Of a DNA stretch of 64,000 nucleotides, positions 29,785 through 39,657 are shown piece by piece. The notes under the pieces are model-generated. The model did no database searches and was not told where the DNA came from. It saw nothing but the letters and a program-made list of their open reading frames with translations. Source of the stretch: an uncultured Actinomycetota bacterium (lineage in GTDB: Bacteria; Actinomycetota; Actinomycetes; JAHEKZ01). The DNA lies in the NCBI GenBank assembly GCA_963718235.1, contig CAVQYR010000002.1, positions 256,001 to 320,000 of the forward strand. The letters are read 5' to 3'. The first letter of the stretch is position 1. Each line of letters starts with the position of its first letter. The position numbers and the translations under genes are program-made.

Positions 29785-31779
29785 TCAGCGGGCGTGCGCC
29801 CCCCGGCGCCGGTCGAGGAAGTCGCGGACGACGTACTCGCCGAGGCGGCCGGGTGTTGGCGCGAACACCCGTCCACCATTGCGCTGGGCCACGTCGTCGA
29901 CGAACCGACGCAGGCGTGGGTCGTCGCCGAGCACGAACACGTTGAGCGTGGCTCCCCGCCGGGTCATGGCGTCTACCTCGGCCACGGTGGCGGCCAGGGT
30001 CTCAGGCTCCGGCGGCCAGGTGAACCAGGCCGTGCCGTTCCGCAGCAGCCGCGCCGTCGGCTCGCCGTCGGTGACGACGAGGACGACCGGGTCGAAACCC
30101 GGGTGCTTGTCGATGAACCGGCCTGCGAGCAGGAGGGCGTGTTGCAGGTTCGTTCCCTGGACCGGAGCGAAGTCCATGCCGAGCAGGTCTGCGGCCTGGA
30201 GCTCGCGTGCGTAGTCGCTGAAGGCGACGACCTGGACGGCGTCCGCGGGGAACATCGTGGTGACCAGGGTGTGCAGCGCCAGTGCCGTCTGCTTCGCCTC
30301 GCCCCAGGTGCCGTTCAGCACCATCGACCACGAGGTGTCGACCAAGAGGCAGACGGCTGCGGCCGACCGACGCTCGGTCTCGACCACCTCGAAGTCGTCG
30401 ACGTGCAGACCTCCCGTCCCGGTGCCACCCTCGGCTGCACGCCGTCGAATCGCGTTGGTCACCGTGCGGATGACGTCCAGCGGCTGCTCGTCGCCGAACT
30501 GCCACGCCCGACTCGAACCGGTGAGCTCGCCGGACGCCCCGGCGTCGCGGACGTCGTGCGTCCCACGCGCGGACTCGGCGAGGTCGGCGAAGACCCGACG
30601 CAGCGCCGTGAGCCCCAGCCTGCGGACGGCCTTCGGGGTGAGTGCGAGCTCGCCGGCCTGACGTACCAGGTACCCCTGGTCGACGAGCTCGCGCTCGAGG
30701 CGGCGCAGGGCCTCGAGGTCGTCGACGGCACCTCTTCCGAGAAGGCGGCGGACGAGGTCCTCGTCGACGTCGTCCATCGTGGCCCCCGCATACCCCTGGC
30801 CGAGCTGCTCGGCCAGTGCATCGAGCTCGGCCAGCTCGGAGAGCGCGGCTGTCGCGTCCGCGAGGCCCAACGGCTCCTCACCCGTCATCCGCTGGCGACC
30901 CGGCCGGAACAGGTCGGGTCGCAGTGCGCGCAGGTTGTCACCGAGCTGCCCCATCTGTGAGGCGAGGTCGAGGTCGGACATCGCCTGCTGCATCAGCGAG
31001 GCGAGCTCGTCCTGCTGCTCCGGGGACAGCGACCGCATCAGCTGCTCGGCCGCTGCGGCTCGTCGGGCCAGCTGTTCGAGCAGCTCGTCCAGCGACTGTG
31101 GCTGCTCGGGGAACAGGTCGCCGTGGCGCTCCATGAACTGGGCGAAGTCGTCGTCGGTGTCGGTTCCGTGCGCCCGCTTGGCCAACAGCTCGTTGAGGTC
31201 GCCCAACATGTCCTTCATGCGCTGCATCGCGGCCGGGTCGATCGAGCCGTCAGCGGCGGACTGGAGGGCTTCGCGCATGCCGGCGAACTGCTGGTCGATC
31301 ACCTCCCGTTGCAGGAGCTGCTTGATCGCGTCGTAGGACCGCTGCGCGTCGGCACTGCGCCAGTTGTAGCTGCTGAGCTCGCGGACCGCACGGGCCGGGT
31401 CCGGTGGCAGAGCGTCGAGCTGGGCTTCGCGGAAGCGTGCGTCGTCTGAGGGATCGGGGAACAGGTGGGTCCGCTCGGCCTCGAGCGCGGTATCCAGCAG
31501 CTCGCGGACCTCCTGCAAGGTCCCGTCCAGCTGTCCGCTCTCGCGCAAGGCTCGTTGCCGTTCCCGCACCTGGCGCAGAAGCTCCTCGAGCCCACCGCGA
31601 CCGTCAGGGGGCCCCTCGCGGAGGAGCTCGCGCAGAGCCTCGGCCGCCCCTTCACCCTCCAGCACCCGGTCGCCGATCGCATCAACCGCGCGGGCGAGGT
31701 CGTAGGGCGGAGCGAGTGGGTCTGGCCCGTCGTCGTAGGCGCCGTAGCGGGCGCCGGTGGAGCCGGTGCGCCCGCTCAC
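29785..31779 (-). CDS. vWA domain protein (Rv0959-like)
   Basis: GPDPLAPP N-terminus, helical region, MIDAS motif DTSWSM, GTNLQHAL, VTDGEPT; GTGA overlap with the upstream ATPase. Confidence 0.87.
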   Translation of the reverse strand: MSGRTGSTGARYGAYDDGPDPLAPPYDLARAVDAIGDRVLEGEGAAEALRELLREGPPDGRGGLEELLRQVRERQRALRESGQLDGTLQEVRELLDTALEAERTHLFPDPSDDARFREAQLDALPPDPARAVRELSSYNWRSADAQRSYDAIKQLLQREVIDQQFAGMREALQSAADGSIDPAAMQRMKDMLGDLNELLAKRAHGTDTDDDFAQFMERHGDLFPEQPQSLDELLEQLARRAAAAEQLMRSLSPEQQDELASLMQQAMSDLDLASQMGQLGDNLRALRPDLFRPGRQRMTGEEPLGLADATAALSELAELDALAEQLGQGYAGATMDDVDEDLVRRLLGRGAVDDLEALRRLERELVDQGYLVRQAGELALTPKAVRRLGLTALRRVFADLAESARGTHDVRDAGASGELTGSSRAWQFGDEQPLDVIRTVTNAIRRRAAEGGTGTGGLHVDDFEVVETERRSAAAVCLLVDTSWSMVLNGTWGEAKQTALALHTLVTTMFPADAVQVVAFSDYARELQAADLLGMDFAPVQGTNLQHALLLAGRFIDKHPGFDPVVLVVTDGEPTARLLRNGTAWFTWPPEPETLAATVAEVDAMTRRGATLNVFVLGDDPRLRRFVDDVAQRNGGRVFAPTPGRLGEYVVRDFLDRRRGAHAR

Positions 31780-33200
31780 GCCGTCCCGAACACGCTGCGG
31801 TCGCCGACGGTGTCCTTGCTCAGTCGACGGTTCAGCCACAGCCCCTCGAGCACGAACTCCAGTGCGGCTGCCGCCAGACCGGTGGACTCACCGCCGTCGA
31901 CGTCCAGCCGCTGCATCACCCGGGCCAGGCCGTCGACCGGCCCCACCTCGGTGAGGACGTCGTCCGCGGCGATCAGGTCGCCGGTGACCACGGTGCTGCC
32001 GTCGTCGAACCGGGCGACGAACGCGGCCAGGTCGGTACCGGCCAGCCGTTTGCGGAAGGTCTCGGCCGTGGCCTGGCGCAGCAGGTGGGCCAGCACGTCG
32101 AGCTCTCGGCCCTCCTCGCTGACCTCGAACTCGACCTTGCCGCGCAGCGTCGCCACGATCGCACCCAGGTCGACCGGGCGAGCCACCGCAGGGTGCTCGC
32201 CGGTGATCGCGGCCCGTCGGGCAGCCGAGGCGGCGAGGGTCTCCAGGGCGGCGACGGAGAACCTCGCCGAGACGCCCGAGCGCGCGTCGACGGCGCTGGA
32301 CTCGCGAACGAGTCGGGTGAAGCGGGCGACGGCCTCGACCAGGAAGGGCGGGACGATGGCCTGCAGGTCGGACTCCTGACGCAGCAGTGCCAGCTCGTCG
32401 TCCAGGTCGAGCAGGTAGTGCGTACGGATCTCGGCGCCGAAGCGGTCCTTCAGCGGCGTGATGATGCGTCCGCGGTTGGTGTAGTCCTCCGGGTTGGCGC
32501 TGGCGACCAGCAGCAGGTCCAGCGGCAGGCGCAGCTGGTAGCCGCGCACCTGGATGTCCCGTTCCTCGAGCACGTTCAGCAGCGCGACCTGGATGCGCTC
32601 GGCGAGGTCGGGCAGCTCGTTGACCGCGAAGATCCCCCGGTTGGTGCGGGGGATCAGCCCGTAGTGGATCGTCTCCGGGTCACCCAGCGTGCGACCCTCG
32701 GCCACCTTGATCGGGTCGATGTCGCCCACCAGGTCCCCGACGCTGGTGTCCGGTGTCGCGAGCTTCTCGCCGTACCGCTCGCTGCGGTGCCGCCAGTCGA
32801 GCGCGGTCGCCTCACCGTGCTCGGCCACCAGGCGGCGACACCGCACGCAGACAGGCTGGTACGGGTGGTCGTTGATCTCACATCCCTCGACGATCGGCGT
32901 CCACTCGTCGAGCAGTCCGATCAGGGTCCGGGCGAGCCGGGTCTTGCCCTGTCCTCGTTCCCCCAGCAGCACGAAGTCGTGACCGGCGAGCAGCGCCCGC
33001 TCCACCTCGGGAACCACCGTGTCCTGGAAGCCGACGATCCCCGGGAGCGTGTCGTCCCCGGCCGAGAGCCGGGCGACGACGTTCGCGCGGAGCTCCTGTT
33101 TGACCGTGCGGTGCTCGTGGTCGGTCGTTCGCAGCTCACCCAGGGACCGTGGGAGGTCGCTGGGTGGTGACGGGGCCGGCTGCTGCGGGTCGAGGTGCAT
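31776..33200 (-). CDS. Magnesium-chelatase-like AAA+ ATPase (Rv0958-like)
   Basis: Walker A GERGQGKT, NELPDLAERIQVALLN, ASANPEDYTNRGRIITPLKDRFG. Confidence 0.9.
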   Translation of the reverse strand: MHLDPQQPAPSPPSDLPRSLGELRTTDHEHRTVKQELRANVVARLSAGDDTLPGIVGFQDTVVPEVERALLAGHDFVLLGERGQGKTRLARTLIGLLDEWTPIVEGCEINDHPYQPVCVRCRRLVAEHGEATALDWRHRSERYGEKLATPDTSVGDLVGDIDPIKVAEGRTLGDPETIHYGLIPRTNRGIFAVNELPDLAERIQVALLNVLEERDIQVRGYQLRLPLDLLLVASANPEDYTNRGRIITPLKDRFGAEIRTHYLLDLDDELALLRQESDLQAIVPPFLVEAVARFTRLVRESSAVDARSGVSARFSVAALETLAASAARRAAITGEHPAVARPVDLGAIVATLRGKVEFEVSEEGRELDVLAHLLRQATAETFRKRLAGTDLAAFVARFDDGSTVVTGDLIAADDVLTEVGPVDGLARVMQRLDVDGGESTGLAAAALEFVLEGLWLNRRLSKDTVGDRSVFGTA

Positions 33201-33265
33201 CCACCGAACCTACGTCGCTTCGCCGGCCGGCGCACCAGGTGCCGCACGTGGTCCAGGATGGGGGC

Positions 33266-34480
33266 ATGGCCGAGTCGCTGCACCACGCCGACGTCCGGTG
33301 TGCCGACGGCCTGGCCCTCGGCGCCGACCTCGTCGAGGCAGCCCGAGCGGCGACCCGGTCCGCCCTGACCGGACTGCGGGGAGTGGTCCCGGACCTCGCG
33401 CTGGTGTTCGTGAGCGGTGACGACCCCGACCAGGTCGGGGCCGCCCTGGCCGCTGCCGGCCGGGACTCCGGTGCGTCGACCACGCTCGGGTGCACGGCCC
33501 GAGACGGCGTCATCGCCACGGGTCGCGGGGTGCAGGGGGTCGGAGCGGTGGCCGTGTGGCTCGCCGCCCTGCCGGGCGCCCGGCTGCGGGCCTTCCACCT
33601 CGAGGTGATCAGGACCGCCGACTCGATCGCGGTGGTGGGGATGCCCCCCGCCCGGACCGACGACGCCGTCGCCCTGGTGCTGGCCGACGCGTGGTCGTTC
33701 CCCGTGGAGGGGTTCGTGGACCACTCGTCACAGGCCTGCCCCGGTCTGTCCATCTCCGGTGGCCTGGCTGCCGGCGGGTCATCGGCCGGAGCCACCCGCC
33801 TGCTCGTCGACGGTCGAGTCGTCGACCGCGGCGCTGTCGGTGTGCTGGTCGGGGGCGACGTCAGGGTGCACACGCTCGTCAGCCAGGGCTGTCGTCCGGT
33901 CGGAGAGCCGATGACGGTCACCGCTGCCGACGGAAACCTCGTCCAGCAGCTGGCCGGTCGTCCGGCAGTCGAGCAGATCGAGCGACTGGTGCAGCAGCTG
34001 GACGGCTACGACCAGGCCTTGGCCACACGGGGGCTGCAGCTCGGGATCGCCCGTGACGAGTACAGCGACGACCAGGAACAGGGTGACTTCGTCGTGCGAG
34101 GCATTGTCGGCGTCGACCGCGCCTCTGGCGCCATCGCGATCGGCGACGTCGTCGAGGTCGGTCGCACGGTGGCCTTCCACCTGCGCGACGCTGCTGCCGC
34201 CGACGCCGACCTCGTGACCACCTTGGGAGGGCTCCGACGCTCCGGGGTCGGCCGGGTTGACGGGGCCGTGCTCTTCTCGTGCAGCGGGCGGGGTGCCTCG
34301 CTGTTCTCCAGCGCCGACCACGACCCCAGCGTCGTCCGCGAAGCCTTCGACGGCGCACCGGTAGGGGGCTTCTTCGCGGCCGGCGAGATCGGGCCGATCG
34401 CCGGGCGCAACTACCTGCACGGGTTCACAGCGTCGCTCGTCACGTTCGGGGCGACCGACCAGTCCACGCGAGGTGAGTGA
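33266..34480 (+). CDS. FIST N/C domain signal transduction protein
   Basis: LGCTA.GVI, GGLA, VSQGCRPVG, FSCSGRG, GFFAAGEIGP...LHGFT. Confidence 0.9.
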   Translation: MAESLHHADVRCADGLALGADLVEAARAATRSALTGLRGVVPDLALVFVSGDDPDQVGAALAAAGRDSGASTTLGCTARDGVIATGRGVQGVGAVAVWLAALPGARLRAFHLEVIRTADSIAVVGMPPARTDDAVALVLADAWSFPVEGFVDHSSQACPGLSISGGLAAGGSSAGATRLLVDGRVVDRGAVGVLVGGDVRVHTLVSQGCRPVGEPMTVTAADGNLVQQLAGRPAVEQIERLVQQLDGYDQALATRGLQLGIARDEYSDDQEQGDFVVRGIVGVDRASGAIAIGDVVEVGRTVAFHLRDAAAADADLVTTLGGLRRSGVGRVDGAVLFSCSGRGASLFSSADHDPSVVREAFDGAPVGGFFAAGEIGPIAGRNYLHGFTASLVTFGATDQSTRGE

Positions 34481-35438
34481 CATGACCCAGATGGCTGCCG
34501 ATGGTTGCGTGCTCGCGCTCGACGTCGGAGGGACCAAGCTGGCAGCCGCCCTGGTGGGTCCGCACGGCGAGATCCTCCGGAGTGCACGCACACCGACACC
34601 CGTGGGGATCGGACCGACCGCCCTGTTCGAGCTGGTCCTTGCCCTGCTGCGTGACGTCTCCGGCTACACCCCGGTGTGCGGGATCGGAGTGGGCTGCGGC
34701 GGACCCATGCTGTGGCCGGCGGGTGTCGTCTCGCCGCTGAACATCCCGGACTGGCGGGACTTCCCGTTGCGGGCGGCGCTGGCGGAGTACTACCCCGGAG
34801 TACCCGTGCGGGTGCACAACGACGCCGCCTGCGTCGCCGTCGCCGAGCACTGGGCCGGTGCCGGAGTGGGGTCGCTCAACGTGCTCGGGATGGTCGTGTC
34901 GACCGGGGTGGGTGGCGGGCTGGTCCTCGACGGCCGGCTGGTCCTGGGGTCGACCGGCAACGCGGGCCACATCGGGCACGTCGTCGTCGACCCCTCCGGC
35001 CCCCCGTGCGCGTGTGGCGGCAACGGGTGCCTGGAGGCCATGGCCAGCGGCCCCAGCCTGGTGCTGTGGGCGTCCTCCCAGGGTTGGCGGCCGCTCCTCG
35101 GACCGGGCGAGACCGCCGACGCCCGCCGGCTCGCCGTGGACGCGGCGGCCGGGGTCCCGGTGGCGGTCGCGGCGTTCGCCCGCGCGGGCTGGGCGCTCGG
35201 TGTCGGCATCGCCTCCGCAGTCGCCCTGACCGACGTCGACGTCGTCGCAGTCGGGGGCGGGCTGACCCAGGTCGGTCCGCTGCTCTTCGACCCGCTGGCC
35301 GCCTCGTACGCGCGGCATGCCGGCCTGGGGTTCACCCGGCGACCTCGCGTGGTGCCGGCCGCGCTCGGCCAGGACGCCGGGCTCGTGGGTGCGGCCGCCC
35401 TGGTCCTGGCCGGAGACCGGTACTGGACCGCTGACTGA
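34473..35438 (+). CDS. ROK family sugar kinase
   Basis: LDVGGTK, HNDA, STGVGGG, GHIGH, CACGGNGCLE. Confidence 0.9.
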   Translation: MSDMTQMAADGCVLALDVGGTKLAAALVGPHGEILRSARTPTPVGIGPTALFELVLALLRDVSGYTPVCGIGVGCGGPMLWPAGVVSPLNIPDWRDFPLRAALAEYYPGVPVRVHNDAACVAVAEHWAGAGVGSLNVLGMVVSTGVGGGLVLDGRLVLGSTGNAGHIGHVVVDPSGPPCACGGNGCLEAMASGPSLVLWASSQGWRPLLGPGETADARRLAVDAAAGVPVAVAAFARAGWALGVGIASAVALTDVDVVAVGGGLTQVGPLLFDPLAASYARHAGLGFTRRPRVVPAALGQDAGLVGAAALVLAGDRYWTAD

Positions 35439-35451
35439 CTCACGGGCAAGG

Positions 35452-36684
35452 ATGGCCGACGTGTCCGTCCTCCCCGCCGCAGTCGAACCGGTCGGCCTGG
35501 CCGACGTGGAGGCGGCGGACGCCCTGCTCGAGGGCGTGGTGCGGCGCACCCCGATGGAGACCTGTCGGCCCCTGCGCGACCTGGTGGGGGGCGCCGTCTC
35601 GTTGAAGTGCGAGAACCTGCAGCGCGCGGGATCGTTCAAGATCCGTGGGGCGTACACGCGGATGAGCCGGCTGTCGGACTCCGAGCGCGCGCGTGGAGTC
35701 GTCGCGGCCAGCGCGGGCAACCACGCGCAGGGTGTCGCCCTGGCCGCCCAGATGCTGGGTCTCTCCGCGACCGTGTTCATGCCCGAGGGCGCCGCGCTGC
35801 CCAAGGTGTCGGCCACCAAGGGCTACGGAGCCCAGGTGCGGCTGGGGGGTGCGACGCTCGGCGACGCCCTCGTGCTGGCCCATGGGTTCGCCGAGGAGAC
35901 CGGTGCCGTGCTCATCCACCCCTACGACCACCCCGACGTGGTGGCGGGTCAGGGCACCGTGGGACTGGAGATCCTGAGGCAGCAGCCGGACGTGCGCACG
36001 GTCGTTGTGTGCACCGGCGGCGGCGGGCTGCTGGCCGGCATCGCGACGGCGGTCAAGGCCACGGACCCCACCGTTCGGGTGGTCGGTGCCCAGGCCGCGC
36101 GGGCCGCCGCCTACCCGCCGTCCTTGGCGGCGGGCACCCCGGTGACCCTGCCGCACATGGACACGATCGCCGACGGCATCGCGGTGCCCCGACCCGGAGA
36201 CGTGCCGTTTGCCATCGTCTCGGAGCTGGTCGACGACATCGTCATGGTGACTGACAAGGACATCTCGCGGGCCCAGCTGATGCTGGTCGAGCGGGCCAAG
36301 CTCGTGGTCGAGCCGGCGGGAGCGGCCGCAGCCGCGGCGGTGCTTGCCGATCCCGCTGCGTTCGAGCCGCCCGTGGTCGTCGTCCTGTCCGGCGGCAACA
36401 TCGACCCGCTGCTCCTGCTGCGGGTGCTGCGCCACGGCATGGCGGCTGCCGGGCGCTACCTGGCCCTGTCGGTGCGTATCCCCGACTCCCCGGGAAGTCT
36501 GGCTCGTCTTCTGACGTTGCTCGGTGAGACCGATGCCAACGTGGTGGAGGTCGAGCACGTGCGGATCCAGCCGCAGCTCCGCCTCGACGAGGTCGAGGTG
36601 GCCCTGCAGCTGGAGACGCGAGGACCGGTGCACGCCGCCGAGGTGACCCAGCGGATGCGTGAGGCCGGATACTCGCTGGCCTGA
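35452..36684 (+). CDS. ilvA: Threonine ammonia-lyase with C-terminal ACT domain
   Basis: KCENLQRAGSFKIRGA, SAGNHAQG, GGGGL, SGGNID. Confidence 0.92.
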   Translation: MADVSVLPAAVEPVGLADVEAADALLEGVVRRTPMETCRPLRDLVGGAVSLKCENLQRAGSFKIRGAYTRMSRLSDSERARGVVAASAGNHAQGVALAAQMLGLSATVFMPEGAALPKVSATKGYGAQVRLGGATLGDALVLAHGFAEETGAVLIHPYDHPDVVAGQGTVGLEILRQQPDVRTVVVCTGGGGLLAGIATAVKATDPTVRVVGAQAARAAAYPPSLAAGTPVTLPHMDTIADGIAVPRPGDVPFAIVSELVDDIVMVTDKDISRAQLMLVERAKLVVEPAGAAAAAAVLADPAAFEPPVVVVLSGGNIDPLLLLRVLRHGMAAAGRYLALSVRIPDSPGSLARLLTLLGETDANVVEVEHVRIQPQLRLDEVEVALQLETRGPVHAAEVTQRMREAGYSLA

Positions 36685-36761
36685 CCGGCCGGCCGTGCGC
36701 AGACTGGACGATCCGACCTGGACGACCCGACCCTGCCCGGGGGCGACCCGAGAGGAAGCAG

Positions 36762-37766
36762 ATGTCCGACCATGCCGTAGAGGCGCACGACCTGGTCAAG
36801 ACGTACGGCAAGACCGTGCGGGCCCTGGACGGGCTCAGCCTGTCGGTCGACGAGGGCACCGTGCTCGGGCTGCTCGGCCCTAACGGCGCCGGCAAGACCA
36901 CCACCGTCCGTGTGCTGTCCACCCTGCTCAAGCCGGACTCCGGCCGGGCCTCGGTCAACGGGCTCGACGTGGTCGCCGACGCGCAGCGCGTACGGTCGAT
37001 GATCGGCCTGTCGGGTCAGTACGCGGCCGTCGACGAGAACCTCACCGGCCGGGAGAACCTCACGATGTTCGGTCGGCTTTACCAGCTGCCCAAGGCCGTG
37101 GCCCGTGACCGGGCCGACGAGCTGCTCGAGCAGTTCACCCTGACCGACGCCGGCGACCGGGTCGCCAAGACCTACTCCGGCGGCATGCGACGACGCCTCG
37201 ACCTCGCCAGCGCTCTGATCGGGCGACCGCGGTTGCTGTTCCTCGACGAGCCCACCACCGGGCTGGACCCGCGCAGCCGGCTCGGCATGTGGGAGGTCAT
37301 CCGCCAGCTCGTGAGCGAGGGGACCACGCTGCTCCTGACCACTCAGTACCTGGAGGAGGCCGACGAGCTGGCCGACGTCATCGCGGTCGTCGACGCGGGC
37401 CGGATCATCGCGCAGGGCACCGCCGACGAGCTGAAGGCCCAAGTCGGTGGTGAACGGATCGAGGTCGTCGTCCACGACCGGGCCGAGATCTCTCGTGCCG
37501 CCGAGCTGCTCATGCAGGACTGCCACGGCGCGGCCGAGGTCGACAGCCACACCCGTCGGCTCACCGTTCCCGCCGAGGGCGGCGCAACGCAGCTGGTGCA
37601 GGTCGTGCGAGACCTCGACGAGGCGGGGATCGGGATCGATGACATCGGGCTGCGACGCCCCACGCTGGACGACGTGTTCCTGAGTCTCACCGGGCACGCC
37701 GCGGAGCAGCTGGACTCCGCCGCAGACGACGTCGCGGCGACGGAATCCGAGAGGACATCGGCATGA
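36762..37766 (+). CDS. DrrA-type ABC exporter ATP-binding protein
   Basis: GPNGAGKTT, YSGGMRRRLD, LDEPTTGLD, PTLDDVF. Confidence 0.93.
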   Translation: MSDHAVEAHDLVKTYGKTVRALDGLSLSVDEGTVLGLLGPNGAGKTTTVRVLSTLLKPDSGRASVNGLDVVADAQRVRSMIGLSGQYAAVDENLTGRENLTMFGRLYQLPKAVARDRADELLEQFTLTDAGDRVAKTYSGGMRRRLDLASALIGRPRLLFLDEPTTGLDPRSRLGMWEVIRQLVSEGTTLLLTTQYLEEADELADVIAVVDAGRIIAQGTADELKAQVGGERIEVVVHDRAEISRAAELLMQDCHGAAEVDSHTRRLTVPAEGGATQLVQVVRDLDEAGIGIDDIGLRRPTLDDVFLSLTGHAAEQLDSAADDVAATESERTSA

Positions 37767-38593
37767 CCACAGCTACGGAGACCTCTCACACTTCGGTCGG
37801 TGGACGGGGCCTGCCCCCGGCCGTCTCCGACGGCCTGGTCGTCATGGGGCGCAACCTCAAGCGCATCCCGCGCATCCCCGAGCTCGCCATCTTCGCGATC
37901 CTGCAGTCGATCATGTTCGTGCTGCTGTTCGCGTTCGTGTTCGGTGGCGCCATCGTGGTTCCCGGTGGGTACCGGTCGTACCTCATGCCCGGGATCTTCG
38001 TCCAGACGCTGGCCTTCGCCTCGATCACCACGGCGATCGGCATGGCCGAGGACATGAACAAGGGGATCATCGACCGGTTCCGGTCGCTGCCGATGGCCCG
38101 GTCGGCGGTGCTGTCCGGGCGGACGTCGGCCGACGTGGTCTACAACGCCGGGATCCTGCTCGTACTGATGGTCACGGGCCTCGCCATCGGATGGCGGGTC
38201 AACACCGGGCTGGCTGGCTTCGTCGCTGGCGTGACGCTGCTGGTGGCTTTCGCCTACGCGATGTCGTGGGTGGGTGTGTACCTGGGGATGTCCGTGCCAA
38301 CGGTCGAGGTGGCCCAGCAGCTGGGCTTCATCGTCATCTTCCCGCTGACGTTCGTGTCGAACGCGTTCGTCACCACCGCGGGCATGCCCAAGCCACTGCA
38401 GGTCTTCGCTGACTGGAATCCGATCAGTGCCCTCGTGGCGGCGTGCCGCGAGCTGTTCGGCAACGCGCAGCCGGTGAACGACTCGTTCCCGATGCAGAAC
38501 CCGGTGCTGATGTCGGTGTTCTGGATCGTGCTGACCGTCGTCGTGTTCGCCCCGCTCGGGGTGCGCAAGTACCGGATGGCCGCCTCGCGCTGA
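37763..38593 (+). CDS. ABC-2 (DrrB-type) permease
   Basis: Six TM helices, GIIDRFRSLPMAR, WNPIS; ATGA overlap. Confidence 0.92.
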   Translation: MTTATETSHTSVGGRGLPPAVSDGLVVMGRNLKRIPRIPELAIFAILQSIMFVLLFAFVFGGAIVVPGGYRSYLMPGIFVQTLAFASITTAIGMAEDMNKGIIDRFRSLPMARSAVLSGRTSADVVYNAGILLVLMVTGLAIGWRVNTGLAGFVAGVTLLVAFAYAMSWVGVYLGMSVPTVEVAQQLGFIVIFPLTFVSNAFVTTAGMPKPLQVFADWNPISALVAACRELFGNAQPVNDSFPMQNPVLMSVFWIVLTVVVFAPLGVRKYRMAASR

Positions 38594-38615
38594 TCACCGT
38601 CAGCGGCTGTGCTGG

Positions 38616-39104
38616 TCAGGGCTGGAACGGGTGGGAGTCCTCGACTCTGACCGTCAGCTGCTTGCCGTTCGGCAGGCTGTAGGTGGCCTCGCTGCCGACC
38701 TCTTGGCCGAGCACGGCGCCCCCGAGCGGTGACTGGGGGCTGTAGACGTCGATGTCGTGGTGTCCGGCTTGCTCGCGGGACCCGAGCAGGAAGGACTCGC
38801 CCTCGCCGTCCAGCGCGCCCCCGACGAAGGTGACGCTGACCACGTGGCCGACCTGGGCGGTTCCGTCGGCCGCGGGCGGCTCACCCACCTGGGCCGTCTC
38901 CAGCAGGTGGCGCAGCTGCTTGATCCGGGCCTCCAGCTTGCCCTGCTCCTCGCGCGCGGCGTGGTAGCCACCGTTCTCCTTGAGGTCGCCCTCCTCGCGC
39001 GCGGCGGCGATCTTGTTCACGACCGCTTGGCGACCCTCACCGGAGGCGTGCTCGTACTCCGCCTTCAGCCGGTCGTAGGCGTCCTGAGTCAGCCAGGTCG
39101 TCAT
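38616..39104 (-). CDS. greA: Transcription elongation factor GreA
   Basis: AREEGDLKENGGYHAA, YSPQSPLG. Confidence 0.97.
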   Translation of the reverse strand: MTTWLTQDAYDRLKAEYEHASGEGRQAVVNKIAAAREEGDLKENGGYHAAREEQGKLEARIKQLRHLLETAQVGEPPAADGTAQVGHVVSVTFVGGALDGEGESFLLGSREQAGHHDIDVYSPQSPLGGAVLGQEVGSEATYSLPNGKQLTVRVEDSHPFQP

Positions 39105-39176
39105 CGTCGATGCACTCCTTCAGGGCTCACGCGGGTGCTCACCACACCCATCATGCCTCCGGATGGGCCTGGCCGT

Positions 39177-39599
39177 TCATCCTTGGGTGCGCGTGCAGCT
39201 CTCGACCTGGGCCGACGTCGGTCGATGAGTCACGGGCAACTCGTAGGTGACATGGACGTCCCCCCGTTCGCCGGAGACCTCGACCCGGGCCTGACCGACC
39301 ACCTCGTTGGTCACGTCCAGGGCCTGAACCGTGCAGGTCACCGTCTCCCCGGGCGACTTGAACACGTCGAACTCGACGGTGACCGACGTGTCCGACACGT
39401 CGCTGTAGCCGAAGGTGCTCCAGCGGACGTCCGCGGACGACTGCTGCAGGGCGGCCCAGCCGACCCAACCGAGAAAGACCACGGCGACGCCGCCGAGCAG
39501 GGCCAGGGCGACGACCGGGGTCCGCCGGGCCGGGCCGTAGCGCTGCTGCAGCAGCGCGCGCTGCTCGGGGGTCAGCCCTGGCGCTGTGGGGGAGATCAC
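39177..39599 (-). CDS. DUF4307 domain membrane protein
   Basis: RYG, one TM helix, C.VQA....VVG, terminal Cys; usual position between greA and mca. Confidence 0.78.
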   Translation of the reverse strand: MISPTAPGLTPEQRALLQQRYGPARRTPVVALALLGGVAVVFLGWVGWAALQQSSADVRWSTFGYSDVSDTSVTVEFDVFKSPGETVTCTVQALDVTNEVVGQARVEVSGERGDVHVTYELPVTHRPTSAQVESCTRTQG

Positions 39600-39657
39600 T
39601 CCTCCATTGTGGGGCCCTCGGTTCGCGTGCCGGGTCCGGCCTCCCTATCGTGACTGC

